Assembly: GCA_964016885.1 (NCBI GenBank)
Contig: OZ024743.1
Coordinates: forward strand, 362,824,001 to 362,888,000
Direction: 5' to 3'
From: Eledone cirrhosa
Lineage: Eukaryota
DNA length: 64,000 nucleotides
Notes under the pieces: model-generated
Database searches by the model: none
Seen by the model: the letters and a program-made list of their open reading frames with translations, nothing else
Told to the model about the DNA's origin: nothing
Program-made: the position numbers and the translations under genes
Shown: positions 11,014 to 23,102 of the stretch, one piece after another
Numbering within the stretch: the first letter of the stretch is position 1
Layout: each line of letters opens with the position of its first letter

Positions 11014-11297
11014 CATTTAAAGTAAGTGAGACTGTCACTACTCTAAAACAATAGCATAAGGTCTTCGAAATGATTTTAATTAAGCATACATTGTGTTGCA
11101 AAATACACTATATATACATATATATATTAAAATAACAGATTAAAATAACAGATTACAGTTTAAGCAAAGAATCGCTGCTTTCACCCTTAACGGGATCTTC
11201 TGAAACTAAAATAATAAATCTGTGAACGCAGAAGTAAATATTTCGAAAAACGTTACACACTATATATATACATATACACACACTATATATACATATA

Positions 11298-11470
11298 TCG
11301 TGGCTGCCAACTCGTTTTCGAGTACGGCCACTACTTTATATCCATGTAGGAGAACCCTTACCGATGCGCTGAACGAGTGTGACTTTTTAGTTCAGCCAGC
11401 GACTTGAAAACTCTGGTACAAACACTACATTTGTGACAATTATTGACACATAGTGCTGGACCCATGGTAC
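11298..11470 (-). mobile_element. 3'-terminal fragment of an RTE LINE (C2H2 finger + 3' UTR)
   Basis: CSVCTRVFKSLAELKSHTRSAH on the minus strand; closely similar to 61245-61400 (+); followed by a TA/TG microsatellite tail. Confidence 0.7.
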
Positions 11471-12247
11471 ATATATACACACACACATACACACACACAC
11501 TGATCGCGTGATAATGACGTAATGCAGACAGTGAGGCATACAGACAGATATTATAAAGGCACGACGTCATATCTATGTATCTATCTAAAAAGAGAAAGAC
11601 TAAGAGTGAGAGAAAGAGATCACTAAATCGTCTAATGATGTCCCTAGGGCATTGAAAATTTGAACTTTTTTTCTCAGAACACTCAATAGGACCATAAGTA
11701 TTACATGAGTGAAGTTTGGAAACAATCGGTTGGGTGGTTCTCGAGTTTTAGTGATTGTACAGACAGACAGACAAACAGACATTCTCTGTTTTAGTAATAT
11801 AGATTATATTATACGGCTTGTGTAATACAACTGATGTTGCCTGTGTGTCCTCATTTTTGCAAAGTCTATACAAATCCACATTTCTACTCCGATTGACTTC
11901 AAACTTGCATTTATATATTCCTTGCGGTCTAAAGTTATTAATTGCCGCTTTTTTTTTCAATTTTCTGTTGTTAAAGGATGTTAGGCGCCGGTTATCTATC
12001 TCCGTCGCGCTCTTATAATATCTGTCTGTATGCCAATAAACATTAACCCTTTGTGCGCCATTCATCTAACTGTAGACCAACAAATACCAAAAAACGGAGC
12101 GTTGACAAGAACGATGGCGGATGAATGTTCGAGATAAGCAGTTTCCTCCCGAGCTGTTAGTTCAGCGGGATTCTCTGCTACACCTTTTCGTAATAATACC
12201 GAACAACGTACTGCTGGTCACTCCTTCCTCCAAAAGCCGCACAAAGC

Positions 12248-12384
<137 letters not shown>

Positions 12385-13080
12385 ATAAGAACAGATTAAT
12401 GTTTAACCAAAGAATCGCTGCTTTCAACATTAACGGGATCTTCTGAAACTAAAAAAAATTATCTGTGAACGCAGGAGTAAATATTTCGAGAAACATTGCA
12501 ACCGAAGGAAAACAGGAAGTCGATATTTTGGTTCGTGAAGACGTTCCCTGGCAATAAACGGGGAAAAAAGCGAGGAAAATACGTCGTTATGTGGACTGAG
12601 AAGAACAATTTCATGCAAAGACAAGACCAAGTTTATGGTATAAATGGAGTCGTTAGACTAATATTCTATTTAAAATAAGCGAATGATTTTCAGCCCCGTA
12701 GTTTAAGAATGATGTAAATAAAATTGAAAACGAAAATGACAGAGGTTATTAAAATAGTAAAAGTAAATAGTAAAAGTAAACACAGACGTACAGTAGTATG
12801 TATATACATACATGCACACATATATATATGTACGTATGGGTTTACCGAACATCAGCCGTTAATATGCATAAGGAAAGTATATACTTTCAAACGTTCAATC
12901 GTCTGACAAGAAGGTATACGGTGCTGGTGACAGCTAATAAGCTAGAAACTAGTTGATTCGTTCCTTTGTCAGTGTTAAACAAAATGGCAACGATGGTTGC
13001 CGAACACTGCACGCTAATAATTCGGGCTGTTTGTCTACAAACAAACCGAGCATTATAATAAATGTTCGGCAAACACATAC

Positions 13081-13120
<40 letters not shown>

Positions 13121-13801
13121 ATGTATATATGTATATACATACTACTGTACGTCTGTATACATATATGTATGTACGTACACATACTTATATTTAAGTTTCA
13201 GCCGTACTAAGAGTGAGAAATGAAATTTCATTTTTTCCATTTATATATATACATATATATGCGTGTCTATATATATGTATATATATATATATATTTTTTA
13301 AATATATGTATATGTATTTATATATATGTGATTATGTCATTTATTTTGTCTGACCTGTTTAGCTTCACTTGTTTTCTGACTTAGGTGGTTTATGGCTTCT
13401 TGATCGCCTTCTCAGTTTGTATGGCCTTTATAACCTATGTTTATTGTACTGGTCTTTTAGCCCATGGAGCGCTTGCCAGCATGACTCGGAATTTATGTTA
13501 CGTTTCGCTTTTACTACCCGCCGAAATGCCATTCTCGCTGAATTTATATTTATATTTTAAATATATATATATATATATATATAAGTTTAACAATGAAATA
13601 AAAAAAATCAAGTCATTAGAGATATACTTCACTGCTTTACGATCGTTTCTAGGTGATGATAATACATTGTAGCTATACTTCGTTATTGATCTATGTAAGG
13701 TTAGTTACAAAATATCAGATAAAGAGAATATTTACTTACATGCATATCACCAGCTATTTTCAAAAGCAATAATAATTTTATTCAGAATTAGTAGTATGTA
13801 T

Positions 13802-13920
13802 GAAAAGGTATGACCCCGACGGCAGAGCTCAAGCCGTTTCGACGGCTATTTCTGGACTAATTTAGTCCAGAAATAGCCGTCGAAACGGCTTGAACTCTGC
13901 CGTCGGGGTCATACCTTTTC
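13802..13920. repeat. Palindrome, 59-bp arms with 1 mismatch, containing the 3' half of a hammerhead
   Basis: GAAAAGGTATGACCCCGACGGC...GACTAA-T-TTAGTC...GCCGTCGGGGTCATACCTTTTC, centre at 13861. Confidence 0.92.
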
Positions 13921-14792
13921 CTATTACCCACTCTACTACCCTAAGTATTGAGTACTCTGGTGCGTTATGGTCCATCTGGTTCCTTACCACATTTCCTTCG
14001 TTATATATATATTATTAACTATCGTCAGCACCGTATAACTTCCTGCCAGATGATTGAACGTCTGAAAGTATATACTTTCCTTATGCATATTAACGGCTGA
14101 GCAGGAAGGTATACAGTGCTGACGATAGCTAATAAGCTTGAAACTAGTACATCGTTCCTTTCTCAATGTTGAACAAAAGGGCAACGAGGGTTGCCAAACA
14201 CTGTACAGCTTAATTCGGGATGTTTGTTTACAAACACACCGAGCATTATAATAAATGTTCGGTAAATCCATACGTACATATATATATATGTGTGCATGTA
14301 TGTATATATATATATACATACTACTGTACGTCTGTATATATATATGTATGTACGTATACATACTTATATTTAAGTAACAGCCGTACTAAGAGTGAGAAAT
14401 GAAATTTCGTTTCATTTTTTTCCGTTTATCGTTTTCGGTGCGCCCGGCCGATTAACTCACTCAATATGCAAATTAGGCTGCTCAGCCGTTAATATGCATA
14501 AGGAAAGTATAACTTTCAGACGTTCAATCATCTGGCAGGAAGGTATACGGTGCTGACGATAGCTAATAAGCTTGAAACTAGTACCTCGTTCCTTTGTCAG
14601 TGTTGAAGAAAAGGGCAACGATGGTTGCTAAACACTGTACGGCTTAATACGGGATGTTTGTTTACAGACAAAGCGAGCATTATAATAAATGTTCGGTAAA
14701 TCCATACGTACATATATATATGTGTGCATGTATGTATATATATACACATACTACTGTACGTCTGTATACATATATGTATGTACGTATACATA

Positions 14793-14869
<77 letters not shown>

Positions 14870-14941
14870 GACTACCCAAGGAAAACTTGAACTGTTAAGG
14901 TATTTTTCTTGGTTACGCCAAAATTTATAAAACACACTTCG

Positions 14942-15002
14942 TATTTTATCTGATGAAAGCGTACCAAAATGTTGGTACCCTTGAAATATATATAATAGAA
15001 TA
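14942..15002 (+). ncRNA. Minimal type I hammerhead ribozyme; predicted cleavage after AUA at 14994
   Basis: Stem I TATTTTAT/ATAGAATA, CTGATGA at 14950-14956, stem II AAG(C)GTACCA/TGGTAC(C)CTT, GAAA at 14983-14986, palindromic (TA)4 stem III. Confidence 0.75.
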
Positions 15003-15216
15003 AATATGGTTTTATAAATATAGTTTCCATGTATTTAATATCATTGAATTATACTCCAGAAAAATTTGTCGAGTGCTCTGAATCAGTTATAAACATTTAT
15101 ATTTGTTGAATTACCAACAAATTGAATATCCCTTTTGCTTATATATATATGTAAGTATGTGTGTATACGTACATACATATATGTATACAGACGTACAGTA
15201 GCATGCATATATATAT

Positions 15217-15295
<79 letters not shown>

Positions 15296-15640
15296 TACAT
15301 ACAGGTACACATACATATATGCACGTATCAGTTTAGCGGACGCTTATTATAACGCCGCTTTGTTCGTTTGTAAACAAACTGAACAGCCTGAATTTTATGC
15401 CGTACGGTGTTAAGGCAACCACGTCACCTTTTTGTTCAACACTGACACAGGAACGATGTACTAGTTTCAAGCTTGTTAGCTATCATCAGCACCGTATACC
15501 CATCTGCCAGATAGTTGAACGTTCGAAAGTATATACTTTCCTTATGAAAATTAACGGCTGAGCAGCCTAATTTGCATATCGAGTGAGTTATGTCGGTCAG
15601 GCATACCGAGAACGATAAGTTGAATATATACCTGTATGTA

Positions 15641-15704
<64 letters not shown>

Positions 15705-16126
15705 TGCTACTGTACGTCTGTATACATATATGTATGTACGTATACACACATACTTACATTTAAGTAAGTGCCGTACTAAGAGTGAGAAATGAAATTTCGT
15801 TTTCATTTTATTTCAACTTATCGTTCTCGGTATGCCTGACCGACATAACTCACTCGATATGCAAATTAGGCTGCTCAGAGCCGTTAATTTTCATAAGGAA
15901 AGTATACTTTCGAATGTTCAACTATCTGGCAGATGGGTATACGGTGCTGATGATAGCAAACAAGCTTGAAACTAGTACATCGTTCCTGTGTCAGTGTTGA
16001 ACAAAAAGGTGACGTGGTACGGCATAACATTCAGGCTGTTCAGTTTGTTTACAAACGAACAAAGCGGCGTTATAATAAGCGTCCGCTAAACTGATACGTG
16101 CATATATGTATGTGTACCTGTATGTA

Positions 16127-16158
<32 letters not shown>

Positions 16159-16279
16159 CGCATGCTACTGTACGTCTGTATACATATATGTATGTACGTA
16201 TACACACATACTTACATTTAAATTAAGTAAGTGCCGTACTAAGAGTGAGAAATAAAATTTCGTTTTCATTTTATTTCAA

Positions 16280-16332
16280 CTTATATATATATATATATAA
16301 ATGAAAGGTATAGAAAACATTGTAGCGAAAAG

Positions 16333-16404
<72 letters not shown>

Positions 16405-17042
16405 GCGCGCGCGCGCGCACACACACTTATGAAAATCATGCATGAATGGATACATACATACAAACAAATTCATACATCTACATATATATATATATATATA
16501 TATATATAACATATATACGCACGGTGCATGCTTGTATATATTCATACAATGAGATAGACAAACTGACAGGTAGAGAGAGAGAGAGAGAGGGGGGGGGGGA
16601 GGATATCATCAGAGATGACAGGGATGCACAGAAGGAACAGTGAAATAGAAAGTTCGAGAGACTGTTGTAGGTTGCTGAGAAAAATTGTACTTAGGAAAGA
16701 GCCCAAAGAAAAAAACCCCAAAGATTTGCATCTAACATTGTTGAGTTCTCCAATCTGAATCTGGGGTATTTTTAATAATCCAGTAGTTTTCCACTCAACA
16801 CATATTTCGTTCGGCCGCTAACAGACGAGTAATCTTCCCAAGCCAAGATTGTCTGTCGCTACAGTGATGATCATGCGCACGCACATACACATGTCCGCAC
16901 GTACAAATTCCTTCTTTTTTGCTCCCCCTCTCTCTACTTACAAACGTTTCTTCTCCTTCTCTCTCTCACTGTGTCTATCTATCTATCTAATGGTCTATCC
17001 ACCTACATATGTATCTGTCTCTCAACATACCTTTCTATTATC

Positions 17043-17076
<34 letters not shown>

Positions 17077-17096
17077 ATTTTTTCAGGGTATGTCAA

Positions 17097-17147
<51 letters not shown>

Positions 17148-17567
17148 CTAACTATCTATTTATCTACTTCCATTTATTTGATATATGCAAATAATCGAAA
17201 GACTGACTTATGCATACCCCTCCTCCCATTGCTTCAACTGCATATATGTATGCGTTGAGTACATATACACACCCGCACACATATGTGTGTATATATGTAG
17301 ATAGATATATATATATTCCTTTATAGAGGTATATACATATGTGTGTGTATATATATATATACACATATAGATAGATATATAGATATAGATATATAGATAT
17401 GTATATACGTGTGTGTGAGTGTTATATATATATAAATATAGATTTAGATATGGGTATATACATATGTGTGTGTGTTTGTGTATACCTATCTATATATATA
17501 TATATAGAGAGAGAGAGATAGATAGAAAGATAGGATATAGGTATATACATGTGTGTGCGTGGGTGTG

Positions 17568-17606
<39 letters not shown>

Positions 17607-17685
17607 ATATACACACATATGTATATACGTGTGTATATATAAATATAGATATAGATATAGGTATATACATATGTGTATGTGCATA

Positions 17686-17720
<35 letters not shown>

Positions 17721-17842
17721 ATCTATAGGTATATACATGTTTATATATATATACGTATACACACACACACATACACACATATATATATATATGTGTATGT
17801 GTTTATATATATATATATATGTGTGTGTCGTTATATATATAT
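16280..17842. repeat. Compound microsatellite field: (TA)n, (TATC)n, (TG)n, (GA)n
   Basis: Directly visible; source of the YIYI/LSIY/CVCV pseudo-ORFs. Confidence 0.85.
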
Positions 17843-18180
17843 AAGCACGGTTAGGTGGAGGGAGAAAGAGAAAGGTAAAGTGCGCGAAAGATGTGTCATG
17901 TGGAGATGGTTAGTTAGATGAAGGGGGAGAAACTTAAAGAGAACGAGAAACAGAGTGAGAGAGTGAAAGAAAGTGAGAGGCAAATCACGTAAACACAAAC
18001 ACACGACCACATACACACCTGTGTCTGTACGCCATGCAGTATGTAAGGGAGTGAGTGAATGTGTATGTGTGTGTGTGTTTATGTGTGCGTGCACACTTAT
18101 GTATACTAATGTGTGTGTGTGTCACCCAGTGAGGAAGAGTTTGATCGAATGGAAAATTTCCTAACTCCTGATTGACAACA

Positions 18181-18215
18181 TATAAAGTCCCGACCCGACT
18201 TGCTCACTTCATTAT
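18181..18215 (+). promoter_or_regulatory. Candidate core promoter of the decarboxylase gene (TATA box + initiator)
   Basis: TATAAA at 18181-18186; Inr-like TCATT with its A at 18211, exactly 30 nt downstream, in a unique non-repeat island. Confidence 0.5.
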
Positions 18216-18270
18216 CTGTTCCAGTTAACAGACAATACACTTCAGCTCTTCAGCAGTAAGCTTAAAAGCG
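18211..18270 (+). other. Candidate untranslated first exon of the decarboxylase gene
   Basis: ATG-free 60 nt ending GCG|GTAAGT (consensus donor at 18271). The ATG-bearing exon has a strong acceptor TTTTCTTTCAG at 27741, so an upstream exon is expected. Confidence 0.5.
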
Positions 18271-18469
18271 GTAAGTTCAAAATTCCCTATTTCTTCAATT
18301 CTTCTCACACACACGCACAAAAAAGAGGGTCCCATTAACCGAAGATTTATATATATATGTATACTAATTTATTTTAACAATATTTACATTTTGAATATTA
18401 AATCACATAGACACATGGTTATAACCGATTCATCCATTATCTCCCTCCGCCTCTCTCTCTCTCTGTAAA

Positions 18470-18611
18470 ATTCCGTTATAACTAATACCATTATAATGAA
18501 TTTTTCAGTATAACGAAATATTTTTCAATACCCGGCCACACGCTCGATGTCTTAGGTCGTTCTCGTTACAACAAATTTTTTTTATATCCCGTGAATTTCG
18601 TTATAACGGAA

Positions 18612-18612
<1 letters not shown>
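18470..18612. mobile_element. Short MITE-like element
   Basis: Inverted repeats ATTCCGTTATAAC/GTTATAACGGAAT with internal ATAACGA/CGTTA sub-repeats. Confidence 0.5.
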
Positions 18613-18651
<39 letters not shown>

Positions 18652-18690
18652 ATGTATGAATATATATATATATATATATATAATGTATGA

Positions 18691-18721
<31 letters not shown>

Positions 18722-18846
18722 TATATAGTTATAAACTCAAATAGTCTTTTACAATTAATTAGCTCAAAGAAAGGAATATTTCTGAGCCGTGTAATACTCG
18801 TATCATATATTCATTTGTATATATATATATATATATATAATGTATG

Positions 18847-18951
<105 letters not shown>

Positions 18952-18956
18952 GTATA

Positions 18957-20430
18957 AGGTTCTTGAGTATTATTGAGAACTCGGCAGACAAGGTTGTAAG
19001 GTCAATCCGGCCCAAGCTGAAGACAGACAGAAAATGGAAGATCCTGGAAGCGATAGATGCCCCAAAGGAAAGCCTTACGATCAGAGATATAATGCGCAGA
19101 CTCGGACTAATAGGCAAGGACTGGGCCTAACAAAAATGGAACGATTGTCAGAGGCCAAGGGAACGATGAGGATGGATCTGATTTTACATGAGGTGAAGAA
19201 CGAGGAGGATTCCATAAGTCTGCGGAAAGCAGTTCAGCAGAGCCAACAGGGTCAGTGGACGACGTGGGAAGGTGCACTCCAGTTGGGATGACTTGTGACA
19301 TATGCCGTCTCCCAGAATCAGTTTTCGCCTCAGATTTGTCTATGATCTCCTGTCCTCGAATACGAATTTAGTCTAGTGGAGCAAAACAGATAATCCCGAG
19401 TACCCACATTGCCAGGCTAGACAAGACAGTGGAACACGTTCTGTGCTCATACTGAGTAGCACTAGTCCAGGGAAGATACACATGGAGGCAGAATCAAGTG
19501 CTGAAGATCTTACATGTGATAAACAGGGCAAAAATAAAACTCGTAGTACGTGAATCTCCATTTTATACGGCAGGGGGCAACAAATTATGGCCAGGAATAG
19601 CTAGGCACAGGGATCATGTCTGCTGGGTGATGCGGGCGACTGGGAGTGTACAGCTGACCTCTCAGGGTTAGCAAAACAACCAGAAATCACTAGAAAGTGT
19701 GGTTTGAGGCCGGATATCGTACTCCATTCCAGTTCATCAAAACAGCTGGTTTTTATTGAACTTACTGTGCTATTTGAAAGTAGATTAGAAAAAGCACATG
19801 TATCAAAGCCGAAAAATACACCAGTTTGGCCAACTGCTTGAGGGAAGCCAACTTCCTAGTCAAAGTCTCGCCATAGAAGTTGGAGCTAGAGGATTTATGG
19901 GCGAATCTGCCTACAATCTCATGAAACAACTCGGTTTCTGGGAAGACATGGGCCAAAACTCTTAGGGCAATATCAGAGGCAGAGGAAAGGAGTTCAAGCT
20001 GGATCTGGTCGAAGAGGAACGAAAACGACTTCCATGCCAAGTCATCGTATTTGACACGCTAAGGGAACTAACTCTGAGTCAGTCGTAGTTTGTTGTGTTG
20101 GTGACAGTATTGTTGACGTCTACCGCTACCATGGCTACCAACGTTGCTTTCAAATTCAAGAAAGCTTTTAAATATAAGTTTGAAAGAGAGGAAACAAAGT
20201 ACTTCCAACTAGATCATGTCAACAAAATCTCCATACGGTTTAAATACACAGCCAGTCTCTGACTTCCGAATGGCTAAATTTTAGCAGAAAAGCACCCAGA
20301 AGTCATAACCTGGATCCGGCCCGGCCCCCCTTAGAGTGTAAGAAGTTAAGGGCCGAAATACTCGCAAGCGGGGAGTTTCTTCTCTGAAGACCTGCTTTCC
20401 AGTTCTCCTCTGAAAGTTTCTTACCACTAA
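18957..20430 (+). mobile_element. Degenerate 3' part of a restriction-like-endonuclease LINE (HERO/NeSL-like)
   Basis: QQGQWTTWEG, LRFVYDLL, TVEHVL, RPDIVLHS..KQLVFIEL, IEVGARGF across frameshifts, then a 3' UTR. Confidence 0.78.
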
Positions 20431-20460
20431 GTTTATACACACACACAATATATATGTATT

Positions 20461-20493
<33 letters not shown>

Positions 20494-20943
20494 ATGTTAG
20501 AACGTCGGATAGAATGCTTTATGATATTCGTTCCGGGTCTGTTTTCAGTTCAAATCCTGCCAGGATCAACTTTGCCTTTCGTCTTTTCGAGGTCGATAAA
20601 ACGTACCAGCCTACTAGAGTCGATTCTTCCTCATTTCTTCTCTCACTTTCTATCTTTCTCTTAAAGAAATCTGTACTCAGGCTTAAGATGTTCAAGAAAC
20701 GCCGTATGTCAGTACGGCGCTCCTACGACTCTCAGGAGTTACGGGACCACACACACACATATATAGTGTGTGTATATATATAGAGTTAATGCTCGACGGC
20801 TGAGCTCTTGCCGTCGGGCACTAAATCAGTTCTATATATGTATGTAGAGGGTAAAGACCCTGCGATTTACCGGGCAAGGTGTATTTGGAAGACCAGCAGT
20901 CGTCCTCGCATACCAGTCTCCGCTCTCCACTCCACCGATGTTG

Positions 20944-20976
<33 letters not shown>

Positions 20977-20982
20977 AATATG

Positions 20983-21042
<60 letters not shown>

Positions 21043-21073
21043 CAAATGGAAACTATATTTATAAAACCATATT

Positions 21074-21139
21074 TATTTTATTATACATATTTCAAGGGCC
21101 ACCAAGGCAAATTATGGTGCGCTTTCATCAAATAAAATA
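21074..21139 (-). ncRNA. Hammerhead motif of the same family as 14942-15002, with an uncompensated C3U change (likely impaired)
   Basis: Reverse complement TATTTTAT-TTGATGA-AAGCGCACCA...TGGTGGCCCTT-GAAA-TATGTATA-ATAAAATA; flanks are homologous to 14870-15025. Confidence 0.6.
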
Positions 21140-21212
21140 CAATACAGAATTAGTTTTATAAATAAATATTGACACCCTGAAAAAAAGACAACCTTAACGG
21201 TTGGGGCTTCCT

Positions 21213-21261
<49 letters not shown>

Positions 21262-22139
21262 CATACGAAAAAGAAAAATATATATATATGAAAAAAAAAT
21301 AAATTCTGCTACCTGTCACCTATCCCAGCTGGTAATGATTTGACTTATGTCGCTAATGACTGTGTATATGTCTGCGTCGGCGCAGCTTAAATATGTCGCC
21401 CAGGTAAATGTATAGGTTGTGCCTTCTTCCTTGCCCCCCCCCCCCCCCCCCTCTACATTTTAAAATACTTTTTATCATTGTATACTTTTCGCTTAATTTG
21501 AGAATTCGTGTTGAAACACGTCAAGTAGTGAACGAATGACACTAGTCTGAAGCAGGCAGCCGGTCTATGTCTTAGTTTTGACCTCTTAATGTTAAATTAT
21601 GTAAGAAACTGTATTGTTTAGAACATGAATGATAATAGAAAGAAAACATTTGTCTCTCCCATGCCAGAAATAACCCTTATCCCTAACATCTCTCCACTTG
21701 TACAATCACAACTACCGGTGTCAACTCCATCACTTTCTATTATTCCTCCTCTTCCCCAATTTCCTAATTTCTCAGTACATTTCCATTCGCACTCCTCAAT
21801 TCCACCGCCGTCATTTCATTGATGCTACGGCTACAACTAAAAATATATGAGTAAGGGGAGTAAGGATTAAACATATTACTGACATTACGTCAATACCATC
21901 GCCATAACAAACAACCACTGCCATCAATAGCATCACTAACATTATCACCACCACCACAAAACCATGACCACATTATCATTACAAAGCCCATGTTCAATTT
22001 TCACTAGATATTTTAAGTTTAAATGTTTTCTTTACCAATTCAAGTTTTCTCTATATATTAAGAGTTGGTGGTAGGTGAATTATCGTGATCTTTTAATATT
22101 TAAATTTGGGTTAGGTTTAAATCAATCGGTTTCCTGTAA

Positions 22140-22410
22140 TAATAATTGTTTCTACTGTTGGCACAAGGCCAGCAATTATACCAGTGCATTACTGGTACTT
22201 TATTTTATCGACCTCGTAAGGATGAAAGGCAAAGTTAACCTCGGCAGGATTCGAACCCAGACCGCGAAGGGACGTAACTCTATGCTGCAAAGCATGGCGT
22301 CCGACCCTCTATCGATAATAATTGTTTCTACTTTTGGCACAAGGCCAGCAATTATCCAGTGCATTACTGGTACTTTATTTTATCGACCCCGTAAGGATGA
22401 AAGGCAAAAT
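22140..22410 (-). mobile_element. Tandem tRNA-derived SINE copies (second one truncated at the Helitron boundary)
   Basis: Repeated AATTGTTTCTAC..TGGCACAAGGCCAGCAATT..CTGGTACTTTATTTTATCGACC..GGATGAAAGGCAAA. Confidence 0.8.
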
Positions 22411-22413
22411 ACA

Positions 22414-23049
22414 CTAGCAGAATGGCCCGGCGTTGCTCGGGATTTGCTCTAGGGTTTTTATATATTTGATATATATTTATCCTTATCGAGCCTCGTGAAA
22501 TAAATACGTTTGTTTATATTTTGTTTTTGTGTATGCAAAAATATCTGTACACGAATATCTATATTAAAATAACATATTAATGTTAAAGCAAAGAATCGCT
22601 GCTTTCAACCTTAACGGAATGTTCTGAAACTAAAAAAAATCAATCTGTGAATGCAGATGTAAATATTTCGAAAAACGTTGCAACCGAAGGAAAACAGGAA
22701 GACGATACTTTGGTTCATGAAGACGTTCCCTGGCATAAGAATATACATATATACACATACACACTGATTGCGTCATAACGTCGTAATGCTGACAGCCAGG
22801 CATACAGACAGATATTATGAAGGCGCGACGTCATATCTATGTTTCTATCTAAAAAGAGAAAGAGAAAGAGATCGCTAAATCGCCTAATGCGGTCCCTAGG
22901 GCATTGAAAATTTGAACTTTCTTTTTGCTCAGAACACCCAATAGGACCATAAGTATTACATGTGTAAAGTTTGAAAAAAAAAACGGTTGGGTAGTTCTCG
23001 AGTTTTAGGGAAACAGATACCCAGACATTCTTTGTTTTATATATATAGA
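22414..23049 (-). mobile_element. Complete non-autonomous Helitron (636 bp)
   Basis: Minus strand A|TCTATATATATAAAAC ... CCCGAGCAACGCCGGG hairpin ... CTAG|T; sits between A and T, no TSD; homologous to 10343-11803 and about 12380-12560. Confidence 0.85.
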
Positions 23050-23102
23050 TTATGAATAACATTACAAATTGGCCATAATTCTTTTAGAATAAGATTACAA
23101 AT

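Larger units (their letters stand above)
10514..11120. repeat. Nested inverted-repeat cassette, probably a Penelope-like pseudo-LTR remnant
   Basis: About 10515-10618 is inverted at about 10735-10836, and about 10555-10731 is inverted at about 10941-11120. Carries two opposed hammerhead motifs and is flanked by (TA)n. Confidence 0.7.
10343..11803 (-). mobile_element. Non-autonomous Helitron with nested insertions
   Basis: Minus strand A|TC...hairpin CCCGAGCAGCGCCGGG...CTAG|T. Colinear with the copy at 22414-23049 except for inserts at about 10500-11125 and 11260-11480. Confidence 0.8.
12780..16280. repeat. Cluster of about 5-6 copies of an unclassified 400-450 bp repeat, in tandem and inverted orientation
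   Basis: Recurring AAGGAAAGTATATACTTTC...AAGCTTGAAACTAGTAC...TACTGTACGTCTGTATAC...GCCGTACTAAGAGTGAGAAATGAAATTTC at about 12850, 14130, 14420, 15150-15625 (-) and 15810-16280. Confidence 0.85.

Noticed and set aside
20345-20400. Permuted hammerhead (GAAA...CTGAAGA) in the HERO-like 3' UTR
   Set aside because: Stem II cannot pair and there is no convincing stem III or NUH triplet.
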